From: Bacillota bacterium
GTDB taxonomy: Bacteria; Bacillota; Limnochordia; Limnochordales; DUMU01
DNA: 64,000 bases
Assembly: GCA_012839805.1 (NCBI GenBank)
Contig: DUMU01000035.1
Span: forward strand, 105,296-169,295
Direction: 5' to 3'
Notes under the pieces: model-generated
What the model was told of the DNA's origin: nothing
The model's database searches: none
What the model saw: only the letters and a program-made list of their open reading frames with translations
Made by a program: the position numbers and the translations under genes
Shown: one piece after another, positions 23,693 through 32,076 of the stretch
Layout: every line of letters starts with the position of its first letter
Numbering within the stretch: position 1 is the stretch's first letter

Positions 23693-26140
23693 GTGAAGGG
23701 TCGAGTGCCAGCGAATAGGCGGCTTGCCCGGGTGGTGGTCCGGCTAGCGGCGGCGTGGTTCGTCGTAACCGGGGTGCTGGCTGGCGTTGCGTGGACCTCC
23801 GCTACCTTTGTCCTTAATCACAGCCCTCTGCCCGGTCTGGTGGCCCAACGGGTCGATGCGGCGCTGGAAGCGGCTCTGGGAGAAGGATACCAAGCCGTAG
23901 TGGCAAAACCCTACTTCACGTCGCCCCGGCGGCTGATCATACCTGAAATCCGCTTGTCCACGGAGCAGGGAATGCAGGTTGCCCGGGGTAACCGGGTCGC
24001 GCTTGCTTTCCAGTGGAAGACCGTTCTCCAGGCCCTAGTAGCGCGGGCCGACGCTACCCCGGCCATTGACCGCCTCGCGGTAGGCGAGCTGGCTCTCGAT
24101 GTCGGAACTCTGCCGGCGGGAGAGTGGGGCCGGCCGGGGGAGAATGGCCGCCAATCCCGCGGCCCCGATGATCGCTGGCGCGCGGGCGGGAGCGGGGACC
24201 TTTTGGCCGGGCTAGACTGGACGAAGGTGAGGGAAAGAGTGCAGGCCCTACCGGGCTTGGTCGAAATTCACAAGCTGAGGCTGGATAAAGCCGGAAGACC
24301 CCTCCTAACCGTTTCCCGGGTTGAACTCACCGCGAAGACAAGTGGCCTGATCCTGTCATTCCAGGTGAACCCGGCGGTGGCAGCGGTGGGGGTCCCCGTT
24401 TTGGATGGCCTTACTCGATGGAGAGCGAACGTGAGTTGGCCGGGCGGGTCGACAGTTCCCCGGGTCGAGATTGAAGGAAGCCTCGTACGTGGTGGGACCT
24501 TGCTCGTTGCCGGCAAGCTCGTCCCGATCGATTCGGGAGTGCTGGCGGCGGTCTGGCCCGGGGGCCGGGCCATCGATGCGGGTGTCACGAGTGCAGGTGC
24601 AACTGCAGGCCCGGGTACGAGCGTGGGTAGAGGCGCAGGAGGGGTTCGGATAACGCAGCTTCGCCTCACGAGTGGTGATAGCTCGGTGGTGGCGAAAGGG
24701 GATATCCTTCCTGGGGAAGGAGCACGTGGCGGTCGTGACTGGAGATATCCCCGGCTGAACCTGCAGGTCCGGGCCCAGAGGGTACGGTTTCCGGAGCAAC
24801 TACCCTTCCTGGCTGCCTACGGTGTGTCCGGTACCGCTTCTTTGAGCGACGGGCATCTTACGGGGCGTTGGCCGGATCCCGTCCTCACCGGCAGGGTGTT
24901 CAGCGAAGGAGGCACGCTCTTCGGCCGGGGTTTCCGGCGGCTGGAGGGAGACATTCAAGTCGACCGTTATAGCTTTCTCTTCCGGAACACGATATTATTA
25001 GGGAAAGCAACAGTTGCCATTGGATCCAGTCATTACCGATTGAACGGAAGGTTTGTTTACCCTCGTCCCGCGGCGGGACGGCGAGGGCAGCTCGAGATTA
25101 TCATGGAGACGCAGCAAGGCAGGATTGAAGAGTGGGGGCCGGTTTTCGTTCCTTCCCTGTCCGAGCTGAAGGGGCCGGTGGCCGGGCGGCTGGAAGTAAG
25201 CGGCCTCTTGGGAGATCTGGGGGTACGGGGGGACCTGGTGGTCGCGGGAGGGACGTACCGCAACGTACCCTTTGATCGCCTCGACGCCAGGTTTTTCTGG
25301 CGGGGCGGGCGGCTGCGCCTCGAGCAGGGCAGAGTGCAGGTGGCCGGGGCAAGGGTCGATCTGCAGGGGGAGGTAAGACCTTCGGGACTGATGACGATGG
25401 AGGTGGCCGGGAAAGGGGTGCCGCTCGAGCTCTTGTGGGCGGCGGGTGTGCCGGGGACGAGCGGGCCTGCCGGGTTTAGCGATTCTTCGCGGTCTGGCGA
25501 TTTTTATGGGAGGCTGGCTCAACTAGTTCGCGAGGCGAGAGATGGGTGGTTGGCAGACCGGGCGCTCGTGGCCGGAGAGGCGGAGTTCCACGGGGAGCTG
25601 GGGGGGACGACGGCAGCGCCGGCTCTGCGGGCCAATGTCCGGTCCGGGGGAGTGAGGATAGGGCGTTTCTGGTTCGATAGCGCTGCCGGGCAGGTCTCCT
25701 GGGACGGCCGGGATTTTACCATCCCGCTTCTCGCCCTCAAGCGGGAGAACGGCGGGATGTACCAGATGACCGGCCAGGTGAAAGAACTGGCTCTGGGTAC
25801 ACCCCAGCTCGACCTGCAAGTGCGGGTGAGTGGTGAACCGGTAGACCAGTTACTGGAGCTGGTAGCCGGCGGCGGGGGCCACGTAAACGGGAGCGGGAAG
25901 TCTGGCCGGGGCGGGCCGGGCGCAGGGCTTGAGGTCCGCTTGTCGGAGCTCGCCCTGGTGAACGGCTGGGTCTACGGGGAGGCCCGAGTATCGGGGACGC
26001 TTGCCGAACCGTCGGCGAGGGCCAGCCTGACGGTAGCGCAGGGCCGGATCTTAGGCCGGGCGCTGGACGTTGCCTTGAGCCTGCGGGTAGTCGAGGGCAA
26101 AGTACGGGTTGAGCGAGTACGGTGGTCGGCGGCGGGGTAA
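23693..26140 (+). CDS. membrane-anchored beta-rich protein, TamB/AsmA-like
   Basis: GTG start 9 nt after GAGAGGAGGG. It has one N-terminal TM (VVRLAAAWFVVTGVLAGVAW). Segments of the type LTGRWPDPVLTGRVFS, VSGLLGDLGVRGDLVV, LGGTTAAPALRANVRS and VSGTLAEPSARASLTV then recur. These resemble the G-x-L-x-x-P-x-L-x-G repeats of TamB/DUF490. No HMM search was run. Confidence 0.45.
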   Translation: MKGRVPANRRLARVVVRLAAAWFVVTGVLAGVAWTSATFVLNHSPLPGLVAQRVDAALEAALGEGYQAVVAKPYFTSPRRLIIPEIRLSTEQGMQVARGNRVALAFQWKTVLQALVARADATPAIDRLAVGELALDVGTLPAGEWGRPGENGRQSRGPDDRWRAGGSGDLLAGLDWTKVRERVQALPGLVEIHKLRLDKAGRPLLTVSRVELTAKTSGLILSFQVNPAVAAVGVPVLDGLTRWRANVSWPGGSTVPRVEIEGSLVRGGTLLVAGKLVPIDSGVLAAVWPGGRAIDAGVTSAGATAGPGTSVGRGAGGVRITQLRLTSGDSSVVAKGDILPGEGARGGRDWRYPRLNLQVRAQRVRFPEQLPFLAAYGVSGTASLSDGHLTGRWPDPVLTGRVFSEGGTLFGRGFRRLEGDIQVDRYSFLFRNTILLGKATVAIGSSHYRLNGRFVYPRPAAGRRGQLEIIMETQQGRIEEWGPVFVPSLSELKGPVAGRLEVSGLLGDLGVRGDLVVAGGTYRNVPFDRLDARFFWRGGRLRLEQGRVQVAGARVDLQGEVRPSGLMTMEVAGKGVPLELLWAAGVPGTSGPAGFSDSSRSGDFYGRLAQLVREARDGWLADRALVAGEAEFHGELGGTTAAPALRANVRSGGVRIGRFWFDSAAGQVSWDGRDFTIPLLALKRENGGMYQMTGQVKELALGTPQLDLQVRVSGEPVDQLLELVAGGGGHVNGSGKSGRGGPGAGLEVRLSELALVNGWVYGEARVSGTLAEPSARASLTVAQGRILGRALDVALSLRVVEGKVRVERVRWSAAG

Positions 26141-26154
26141 AGGAGGGAGCTGCC

Positions 26155-28029
26155 ATGGCGGGCCAGGGGCGGCGGCAGGACGTAGTCCCGGAGCTCACCG
26201 CAGCTCAGTGTGAGGCACTGGGGCGCTACGGCGGGCTGAACCTGATCACTGCCATGCTGGAGGCCATCGAGAGTCGCGAACCGCTCTACCGCGGCCATTT
26301 CTCGCGAGTCTCGAGTTATTCCCGTATCATTGCCCAGGAGCTTGGTTTTGGGCCGGATCAGGTACGGGCCGTAGAGGTGGCAGGCCTCCTGCACGACGTC
26401 GGCAAGGTGGGGGTAAGCGACGATATCCTGCGGCGGGTGAACGAGCTCGAGCTGCATGAGGTCCAGCTGCTGATGCAGCATGCGGTCATCGGGGCGGCGA
26501 TAGTTCAGCGTGACCCGGCCCTGGCGGCGCTTGCTCCCCTCATTCGCCACCATCACGAGTGGTATTCGGGCGGCGGGGTTCCGGATGGTCTGGTCGGGGA
26601 GGAGATCCCCTGCGGGGCGCGGATCATCAGCATCGCCGATGCTTTCGACCTGTTGACGTCGGTCTCGCCTTTCGGGGGGCCTATCCCCTGGACTGACGCA
26701 GTGGCGCGGCTGCGGGATCTGGCCGGGAGGCAATTCTGGCCGGCCGGGGTCGAGGCCCTGGCGAACCGGGTGGCGCGAGATGCCCAGGAGGGGGCGGCCT
26801 ACGTTCGGTTCCTGGACGGTCGGATACGGCCGATTCCCGGTGTGATCGTGCCCGGCGGCCCCGGCGGTTGGGGTAGCCCGGGCGGCCCCGGCAGTGCGGC
26901 GGGCCCGGGCAGCGCGGGTAACCAGGGCGAGGCGGCCGGCCCGGCGGGCTCTGGCGGCGGGAGCCTGGCCGGCAGCAGCGGCGCGGTGGCGGCCCGAGAA
27001 CTCTGGCAGGCGGGCATCGGCATCGGCCCGCTCTCCCCCGTTCATACCCGGTCGCTGGTGGTCCTTTACCGGGTGGCCACGGCGCTCGGCGCGGTTCTCG
27101 ACCTTCGTGAGATGTTAAGCCGTGTGATTGAGATCATCCAGCAGGACGTCGGATATGCTGACGCAGCCCTGGTCCTGTTGGATCCACATCAAGACCAGCT
27201 GGTGGTGGCGGCCGGGGGCGGGAGCTATCGCTCGCAGGAAGGTTTCTGCTTCTCAGCCCAGGAGGGGTTGAGCGGGCAAGCCTTGAAACGAAGGTCGGTC
27301 GTCTATGCCCCGGATGTTACCAAAGAGCCCAGCTATCTCCCGGGAGCGATTCGGATTAGGGCGGAGGCCGCCATCCCGCTCGTCGTCGACGACCGGCCGG
27401 TGGGGGTTTTGGTCATCGGCAGCCCGCACGTGGCCGGGGTCAGGCTCGAGGATATCCAGGTGTTGCGTATGATAGCCGCTGAACTGGCCACCGCCATCGA
27501 GGTGGCCCGCCATTACCAGGAGGCGAGCACGGCGTCCACGGTGGATGGCCTCACCCAGCTCTATAATCATCGCTATTTCTGGGACCGGCTGGCCCAGGAG
27601 ATCGCCCGGGCCGAGCGGTACCAGCATCCTTTGCAGGTGGCCATACTGGATGTGGATGATCTCAAAGCCATTAATGACCAGCGGGGGCATCTGGCCGGCG
27701 ACCAGGCTTTGCGGATGATCGCGCAGACGCTGAAGGTAAATACCCGCTCATCGGATGTCCTGGCCCGGTATGGTGGAGATGAGTTCGCGATCATCTTCCC
27801 GGAGACGCCAAAGGACGGGGCCTGGCGCACGCTCTGCCGGATCGGGGACGCGCTGGAGCACGGCACTTTCGAGATCGAAGGGGTCAAAGCACGAATCAGT
27901 GGGGTGAGCTACGGGCTGGCCGGTTACCCGGAGGAAGGCCGGACCGCGAAGGAACTGGTGGCCCTGGCCGACCAGCGGATGTACGTGATGAAGCAAGCGA
28001 AGGAAGCGGGCCGAACGGCAGCGACGTGA
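26155..28029 (+). CDS. c-di-GMP signalling protein: HD-GYP-like (HD-GVP), GAF and GGDEF domains
   Basis: ATG 26155 lies 6 nt after AAGGAGGGA. The HD domain reads GLLHDVGK and HHHEWYSGGGVPDGL. A Gly/Pro linker follows, then a GAF-like region, then a GGDEF domain with an intact RYGGDEFA. Confidence 0.85.
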   Translation: MAGQGRRQDVVPELTAAQCEALGRYGGLNLITAMLEAIESREPLYRGHFSRVSSYSRIIAQELGFGPDQVRAVEVAGLLHDVGKVGVSDDILRRVNELELHEVQLLMQHAVIGAAIVQRDPALAALAPLIRHHHEWYSGGGVPDGLVGEEIPCGARIISIADAFDLLTSVSPFGGPIPWTDAVARLRDLAGRQFWPAGVEALANRVARDAQEGAAYVRFLDGRIRPIPGVIVPGGPGGWGSPGGPGSAAGPGSAGNQGEAAGPAGSGGGSLAGSSGAVAARELWQAGIGIGPLSPVHTRSLVVLYRVATALGAVLDLREMLSRVIEIIQQDVGYADAALVLLDPHQDQLVVAAGGGSYRSQEGFCFSAQEGLSGQALKRRSVVYAPDVTKEPSYLPGAIRIRAEAAIPLVVDDRPVGVLVIGSPHVAGVRLEDIQVLRMIAAELATAIEVARHYQEASTASTVDGLTQLYNHRYFWDRLAQEIARAERYQHPLQVAILDVDDLKAINDQRGHLAGDQALRMIAQTLKVNTRSSDVLARYGGDEFAIIFPETPKDGAWRTLCRIGDALEHGTFEIEGVKARISGVSYGLAGYPEEGRTAKELVALADQRMYVMKQAKEAGRTAAT

Positions 28030-28051
28030 AAATGGAACTATGGCTTCAGGC

Positions 28052-29746
28052 TCAAAGTGGATGCTGTAGCGTGTCGACGGGGGCGTAGTCGTCGGTAAGC
28101 ACTGCTGCCCGGGCGGCCAGCTCGCGTTTGTCCGTCCACTCGACATCATCTACCAGCGTGTCCGCATAGAGTTCAACCGGTTCTTGGATATCCCCTTGCT
28201 CTCGGAGTTTAGCTGCCTCTTGCTGCCAGGTCAGGCGATCCCAGCGCCGGGCGGAACGGTTGGCGATCAGGATCACGTTGCGTTCACCCCAGTCGCCAGG
28301 GCCGGACCAGCCGCCGACCGGGAAAAGGTACCAGGTCGGGAAAACTTGAGCGAAAGTGCGGGTCATGGAAGCAAGCAGGCGGGCCTTGGGGCCTGCGAGT
28401 GCTCCGATGATGTTGGACACGACCGCGCCGTCGCGGGCGAGGATAGCGTCGAGTGAACTGATGAACTCATAGGTGGTAAGGTGGTAAGGAATCGCGTCGG
28501 CGAAGTAGGCATCGACCACGATTAGATCGTAGCGCTGGGCACGGCCGGCGCGGACGGCGGCGGCGGCCTGCTCGACGAAGAGACGCCCGTCCTGAACGAT
28601 GATGCGAAGGCGGGGATCATCGGGGAGGCGGAAGAAGCGGCGGGCGACGTTCACTACTTCGGGGTCGATTTCCACCACGTCGACCTGGCGCAAGGAAGGG
28701 TAGTCGTGCAGGAAGCGGGCCGGGGCGGAGCCGCCGCCAAGGCCGATGAAAAGCATTCGTTCCGGGCGAGGGCGGGCGACCACGCCCAGATGCAGGTACG
28801 AGGTGTAGGCAAAGGCCATGCGCAGCGGGTCGTCGAGATACATGCCACTTTGGAAAGAATTGTCGAAGTGAAGGTGACGTACGCCCTGGTAGTCGTCCAC
28901 GGTGATGTGGTGGTAGAGCGTATCACGGGAGTATAGGATCGTGGCCGAACCCGGCGGGTGCGGGCTGGCCTCGATCACGACGAAGCGCCAGACCAGGACT
29001 AAAATGAGAGCGGCGAAGAGGAGCAACAGTGAGGTCAAGGAAGCGAGCCGGCTCCGGCTCGAAAGGCCGCCGTCAATCGCAATCTGGCTCGGGCGAGTGG
29101 CGGCAGGGCCTCGATCGCCATGTTTGGCGCGCGGGATGGACTGCCGGACCGGTTCGCCGGTCTCGGACGCCAGGTGCTGCCGGCGGGCGAAGGTGAGGGC
29201 GGCCGCCGCCAGGAGAAGCAGGATCAGCCCCAGCATGTGAACTATATTCCGCACGCCGAGGGCGGGGATGAGGAAAAACGAGGTGACCAGGGTGCCCAGG
29301 ATGCTGCCGGCGCTGGAAAGAGCCGAGAGGCGGCCGGCGGTCTTGCCGATGGTGGTGAGGCTCCGGCTCGCGAGTTTGACGGAGTAAGGCGAGATGGAGG
29401 CCAGGAGAGTACTGGGCAGGAAGAAAAAGGCGACGGCGGCCAGGAGCGAGCCGGCCCGGGGACCGAGGCCGGCCAGGGCCTGGTTCACGCTGGCGCTCCA
29501 GACCGGGAGGAAGCCGACCAGGAGGCCGGCCAAGGCCAGGATGAGGCCCATGACCCCCAGGCTCGGCCGGCGATCGGCCATGCGACCGCCCAGGTAGTAG
29601 CCGAGGGTGAGGGCGGCCATGACCACAGTGATGAGCGCGCCCCAGACGTAGATAGAAGTTCCGAACGTGGGGGCGAGGAGGCGGCTACCGATCATCTCAA
29701 GGCCCATCAGGACCGCACCACTCAGGAACACGATGAGGTAAAGCAC
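28052..29746 (-). CDS. fused polytopic-membrane (MFS-like)/spermidine synthase-like protein
   Basis: Lies inside ORF 28052..30262. The likely start is GTG 29746 (VLYLIVFLSGAVLMGLEMIGSRLLAP). About 7 TM helices are followed by a spermidine-synthase fold (LFIGLGGGSAPARFL...VDVVEIDPEVVNVARRFF, YDLIVVDAY). The upstream 172 codons are Pro/Arg/Gly repeat sequence and are treated as non-coding. Confidence 0.8.
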   Translation of the reverse strand: MLYLIVFLSGAVLMGLEMIGSRLLAPTFGTSIYVWGALITVVMAALTLGYYLGGRMADRRPSLGVMGLILALAGLLVGFLPVWSASVNQALAGLGPRAGSLLAAVAFFFLPSTLLASISPYSVKLASRSLTTIGKTAGRLSALSSAGSILGTLVTSFFLIPALGVRNIVHMLGLILLLLAAAALTFARRQHLASETGEPVRQSIPRAKHGDRGPAATRPSQIAIDGGLSSRSRLASLTSLLLLFAALILVLVWRFVVIEASPHPPGSATILYSRDTLYHHITVDDYQGVRHLHFDNSFQSGMYLDDPLRMAFAYTSYLHLGVVARPRPERMLFIGLGGGSAPARFLHDYPSLRQVDVVEIDPEVVNVARRFFRLPDDPRLRIIVQDGRLFVEQAAAAVRAGRAQRYDLIVVDAYFADAIPYHLTTYEFISSLDAILARDGAVVSNIIGALAGPKARLLASMTRTFAQVFPTWYLFPVGGWSGPGDWGERNVILIANRSARRWDRLTWQQEAAKLREQGDIQEPVELYADTLVDDVEWTDKRELAARAAVLTDDYAPVDTLQHPL

Positions 29747-29956
29747 CTTGGCCCTGGCTCCCCTTTCGCCGGGTTTCAGGTCGTCCCGCCCGGTTCTTGC
29801 CGGTACGAGCTGCCGGGTGTGCGAGCCGGCCGGCCTGCGGGAGAGGCCGCAACCGTCTTCGGATGTCCTCCCTTCATTCTCCTGGGGACGGGGAACTCCT
29901 GCCTGCCGGCCCGGTAGGGGCTTGTGCGCTAAGGGCCGGCCCGTGCCGCCAGGGGG

Positions 29957-30260
29957 ATGGCGTATCCTGCACCGGCCGGGTGGCTGTCGTCGGGGAGATG
30001 GCGCATTCTGCACCAGCCGGCGGCGCGGGCGGTGGTGCAAAATGCACCATCCAGGGGGGAAGCGGGGCGGCGGGCCGTGGTCCGAGATGCAGGGCGAAGA
30101 CCGGGACGGCGGCCCGGGGCCGGGATGCAGGGCCCAGACTGCGGCGTGGGCCCGGGGCCGGGATGCAGGGCGCAAACCGGGACGGCGGGGCGTGGACTGG
30201 GCCGCAGGGCGTAGGTCCGGATGGCAGGGGTGGGGGTTGGGACGCAGGCCTTGGGTCGAC
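29957..30260. repeat. degenerate GC-rich tandem array, period about 38-41 nt (two half-units of about 19 nt)
   Basis: Units begin with GATGG/GATGC at 29957, 29998, 30086, 30124, 30162, (30201), 30220 and (30241). GGCCCGGGGCCGGGATGCAGGGC is repeated exactly at 30110-30133 and 30148-30171. Confidence 0.6.
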
Positions 30261-30547
30261 ATACCATCGTTTCAACGGACTGCTAAGGATTGTTCATAGA
30301 TTGGCCACACACTCCGGCCGGGGGTTTGCTATCTTTCTAAGTGGACGATGTCCAACGCGTGGTGCGGGATACCGGCCGGGGCTAGGCGGAGGCCGGTATT
30401 GGTTTCCCGGCCGAGGCCGGTAACGGCCGGCAACAGGTAGAGACCGGATGCAGGGCTGAGGCATTCGCCGAGGCCAGCCGAGGCATCTGCCAAGGCCAAG
30501 TGATAGGCCGAGACAGGCTGGGGGACCGAGTGCAAGGGGGTACAAAC

Positions 30548-31834
30548 ATGCGGGGACTGAAGAGATGGCTAACGGGACGAGCGGCGATCGTGGCAGTCAT
30601 CGTGCTGGTGGCGTTTTTCGCCGGTGCGGCGCTGGTTAGCCAAGGGATAATGCCGGCACCGTTCGACAAGGCGCTGGGGGATGAGGCGACGAAGGAGGCC
30701 GATACCGGGACACAGGTGGGTCCGGCGGTGGCCGGAGGCGTTCAGGCCCTATCTGCGATAGGCGGCGGCGTGCCGATGACCCAGTATACGGTGGCGGATG
30801 TGGCGGATCGGGTCTCACCGTCGGTGGCCTACATCGAAGTTCACTATGCTCTGGTACAAGCAGCGAGCGGGAGGCGGACCCAGCCACGGTTCAGCGACCC
30901 ATTCGATGAGTTCTGGCGCTATTTCTTCTTCGGTACTCCAACCCCGCCGGGGTCAGCCGAGATCCCGCCTTCGGTTGGCAGTGGGGTGGTGGTTAGCCCG
31001 GACGGCTACATCCTCACCAACCAGCACGTGGTAGACGTGCCCTCCGGGCTCAAGATCGACAAGATACAGGTAAGCTTGCCAGGTTTCAACGATCCATTGT
31101 CTGCGAAACTGATCGCCTCCGACCAGCAGCTAGACCTGGCGGTGCTGAAGGTCGATTCCAACCGGCCGTTGCCGGCGGCCCGTCTGGGAGATTCCGACGC
31201 GGTCCGCGTGGGCGAATGGGTAGTGGCCATCGGGAACCCGTTTGAACTGGACCATACGGTCACGGTGGGCGTGATTAGTGCCAAGGACAGGGCAATCGAC
31301 ATCCCGGACGACCAGGGGGGCGTGCGGCCGTACAAGCACTTGATGCAGACGGATGCGGCCATCAACCCCGGTAACTCCGGTGGTCCGCTGGTCAACCTCC
31401 GGGGCGAGGTGGTGGGCGTCAACACGGCAGTGCTGGACGCCAGCCAGGGCCAGGGTATCGGTTTCGCCATCCCGATCAACGCGGCCAAGGAGATGATCGG
31501 GCAGGTAATCCGGAGCGGCAAATACGTGAAGCCCTGGATCGGCATCTCCTACGGTCCGGTGACGGATGATGTCCGGGATTACTTCGGTTTGGACAAGAGC
31601 GTCCAGGGAGTGATCGTAGGCTCGGTCACTCCGGGTAGCCCTGCGGCCAAGGCCGGCTTAAAGCCGGGTGACATCATCACCGAAGTAAACCGCCAGAAGG
31701 TGGTGGATGACGAATCCTTTGCCAAGGCCATCGCGGACATGAAAGTAGGACAGAAGATGAGCTTCCTCGTCCTGCGAAACGGGAAGCCTCAGGTACTGAC
31801 CGTGGTGGTCGGCGAGTGGCCGCAAGAGGGCTAG
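30548..31834 (+). CDS. htrA: HtrA/DegP-family serine protease with PDZ domain
   Basis: ATG 30548 lies 7 nt after AAGGGGG. It has an N-terminal TM. The catalytic triad context reads ILTNQHVV, DLAVLKV and GNSGGPLVN. The C-terminal PDZ reads GSPAAKAGLKPGDIITEVN. Confidence 0.92.
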   Translation: MRGLKRWLTGRAAIVAVIVLVAFFAGAALVSQGIMPAPFDKALGDEATKEADTGTQVGPAVAGGVQALSAIGGGVPMTQYTVADVADRVSPSVAYIEVHYALVQAASGRRTQPRFSDPFDEFWRYFFFGTPTPPGSAEIPPSVGSGVVVSPDGYILTNQHVVDVPSGLKIDKIQVSLPGFNDPLSAKLIASDQQLDLAVLKVDSNRPLPAARLGDSDAVRVGEWVVAIGNPFELDHTVTVGVISAKDRAIDIPDDQGGVRPYKHLMQTDAAINPGNSGGPLVNLRGEVVGVNTAVLDASQGQGIGFAIPINAAKEMIGQVIRSGKYVKPWIGISYGPVTDDVRDYFGLDKSVQGVIVGSVTPGSPAAKAGLKPGDIITEVNRQKVVDDESFAKAIADMKVGQKMSFLVLRNGKPQVLTVVVGEWPQEG

Positions 31835-31861
31835 GCTGGCGGTAAGAAGCAACCGATAAAG

Positions 31862-31920
31862 CAAAGCACAGCCGGAAGAGGGCAAAAGCTAGACCTCTTC
31901 CGGCTGTGCTTTGTTTTTTT
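31862..31920 (+). terminator. rho-independent terminator of htrA
   Basis: A perfect 20-bp stem pairs CAAAGCACAGCCGGAAGAGG with CCTCTTCCGGCTGTGCTTTG. The loop is 12 nt and a T7 run follows. Confidence 0.85.
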
Positions 31921-31961
31921 GCTTCCCTGCGTGGGCTGTTAGGCGATCATTGCCGTGACGG

Positions 31962-32076
31962 CGGGCTTACGGGGTTTAAGCGCCGATGGGGCTTGAGTGC
32001 TAAGGGGGCTTAAGCGCTGGTGGGCTTGAGTGCCGGCGGGCGGCGGGGCTTGAGTGCCGACGGGGCTTTCGCGAGC
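31962..32076. repeat. degenerate tandem array, period about 17 nt (GGGGCTTRAGYGC units)
   Basis: GGGCTTGAGTGC occurs 3 times (31988, 32022, 32046). GGCTTAAGCGC/GGTTTAAGCGC variants occur at 31972 and 32006. GGGCTTAC and GGGCTTTC form the ends. Confidence 0.6.

Noticed and set aside
29747-30262. The first 172 codons of the 736-aa ORF, considered as a Pro-rich N-terminal domain of the MFS/spermidine-synthase protein
   Set aside because: The sequence is a tandem DNA repeat array that is open in several frames. An SD-like GAAAGGGGAG precedes GTG 29746, exactly where the first TM helix begins. This is not fully excluded, given how common low-complexity extensions are in this genome.
31996-32004. 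GAGTGCTAA, identical to the right half of the CIRCE (HrcA) operator, found downstream of htrA
   Set aside because: No matching left half (TTAGCACTC) lies at 9-nt spacing. A single 9-mer match is expected by chance about once in 128 kb of two-strand sequence. It lies after the terminator rather than in a promoter.
29957-32076. Repeat arrays flanking htrA, considered as a CRISPR array
   Set aside because: The repeats are degenerate and 17-41 nt in period, with no unique spacers of constant length and no palindromic CRISPR-type repeat. No cas genes are in the window.
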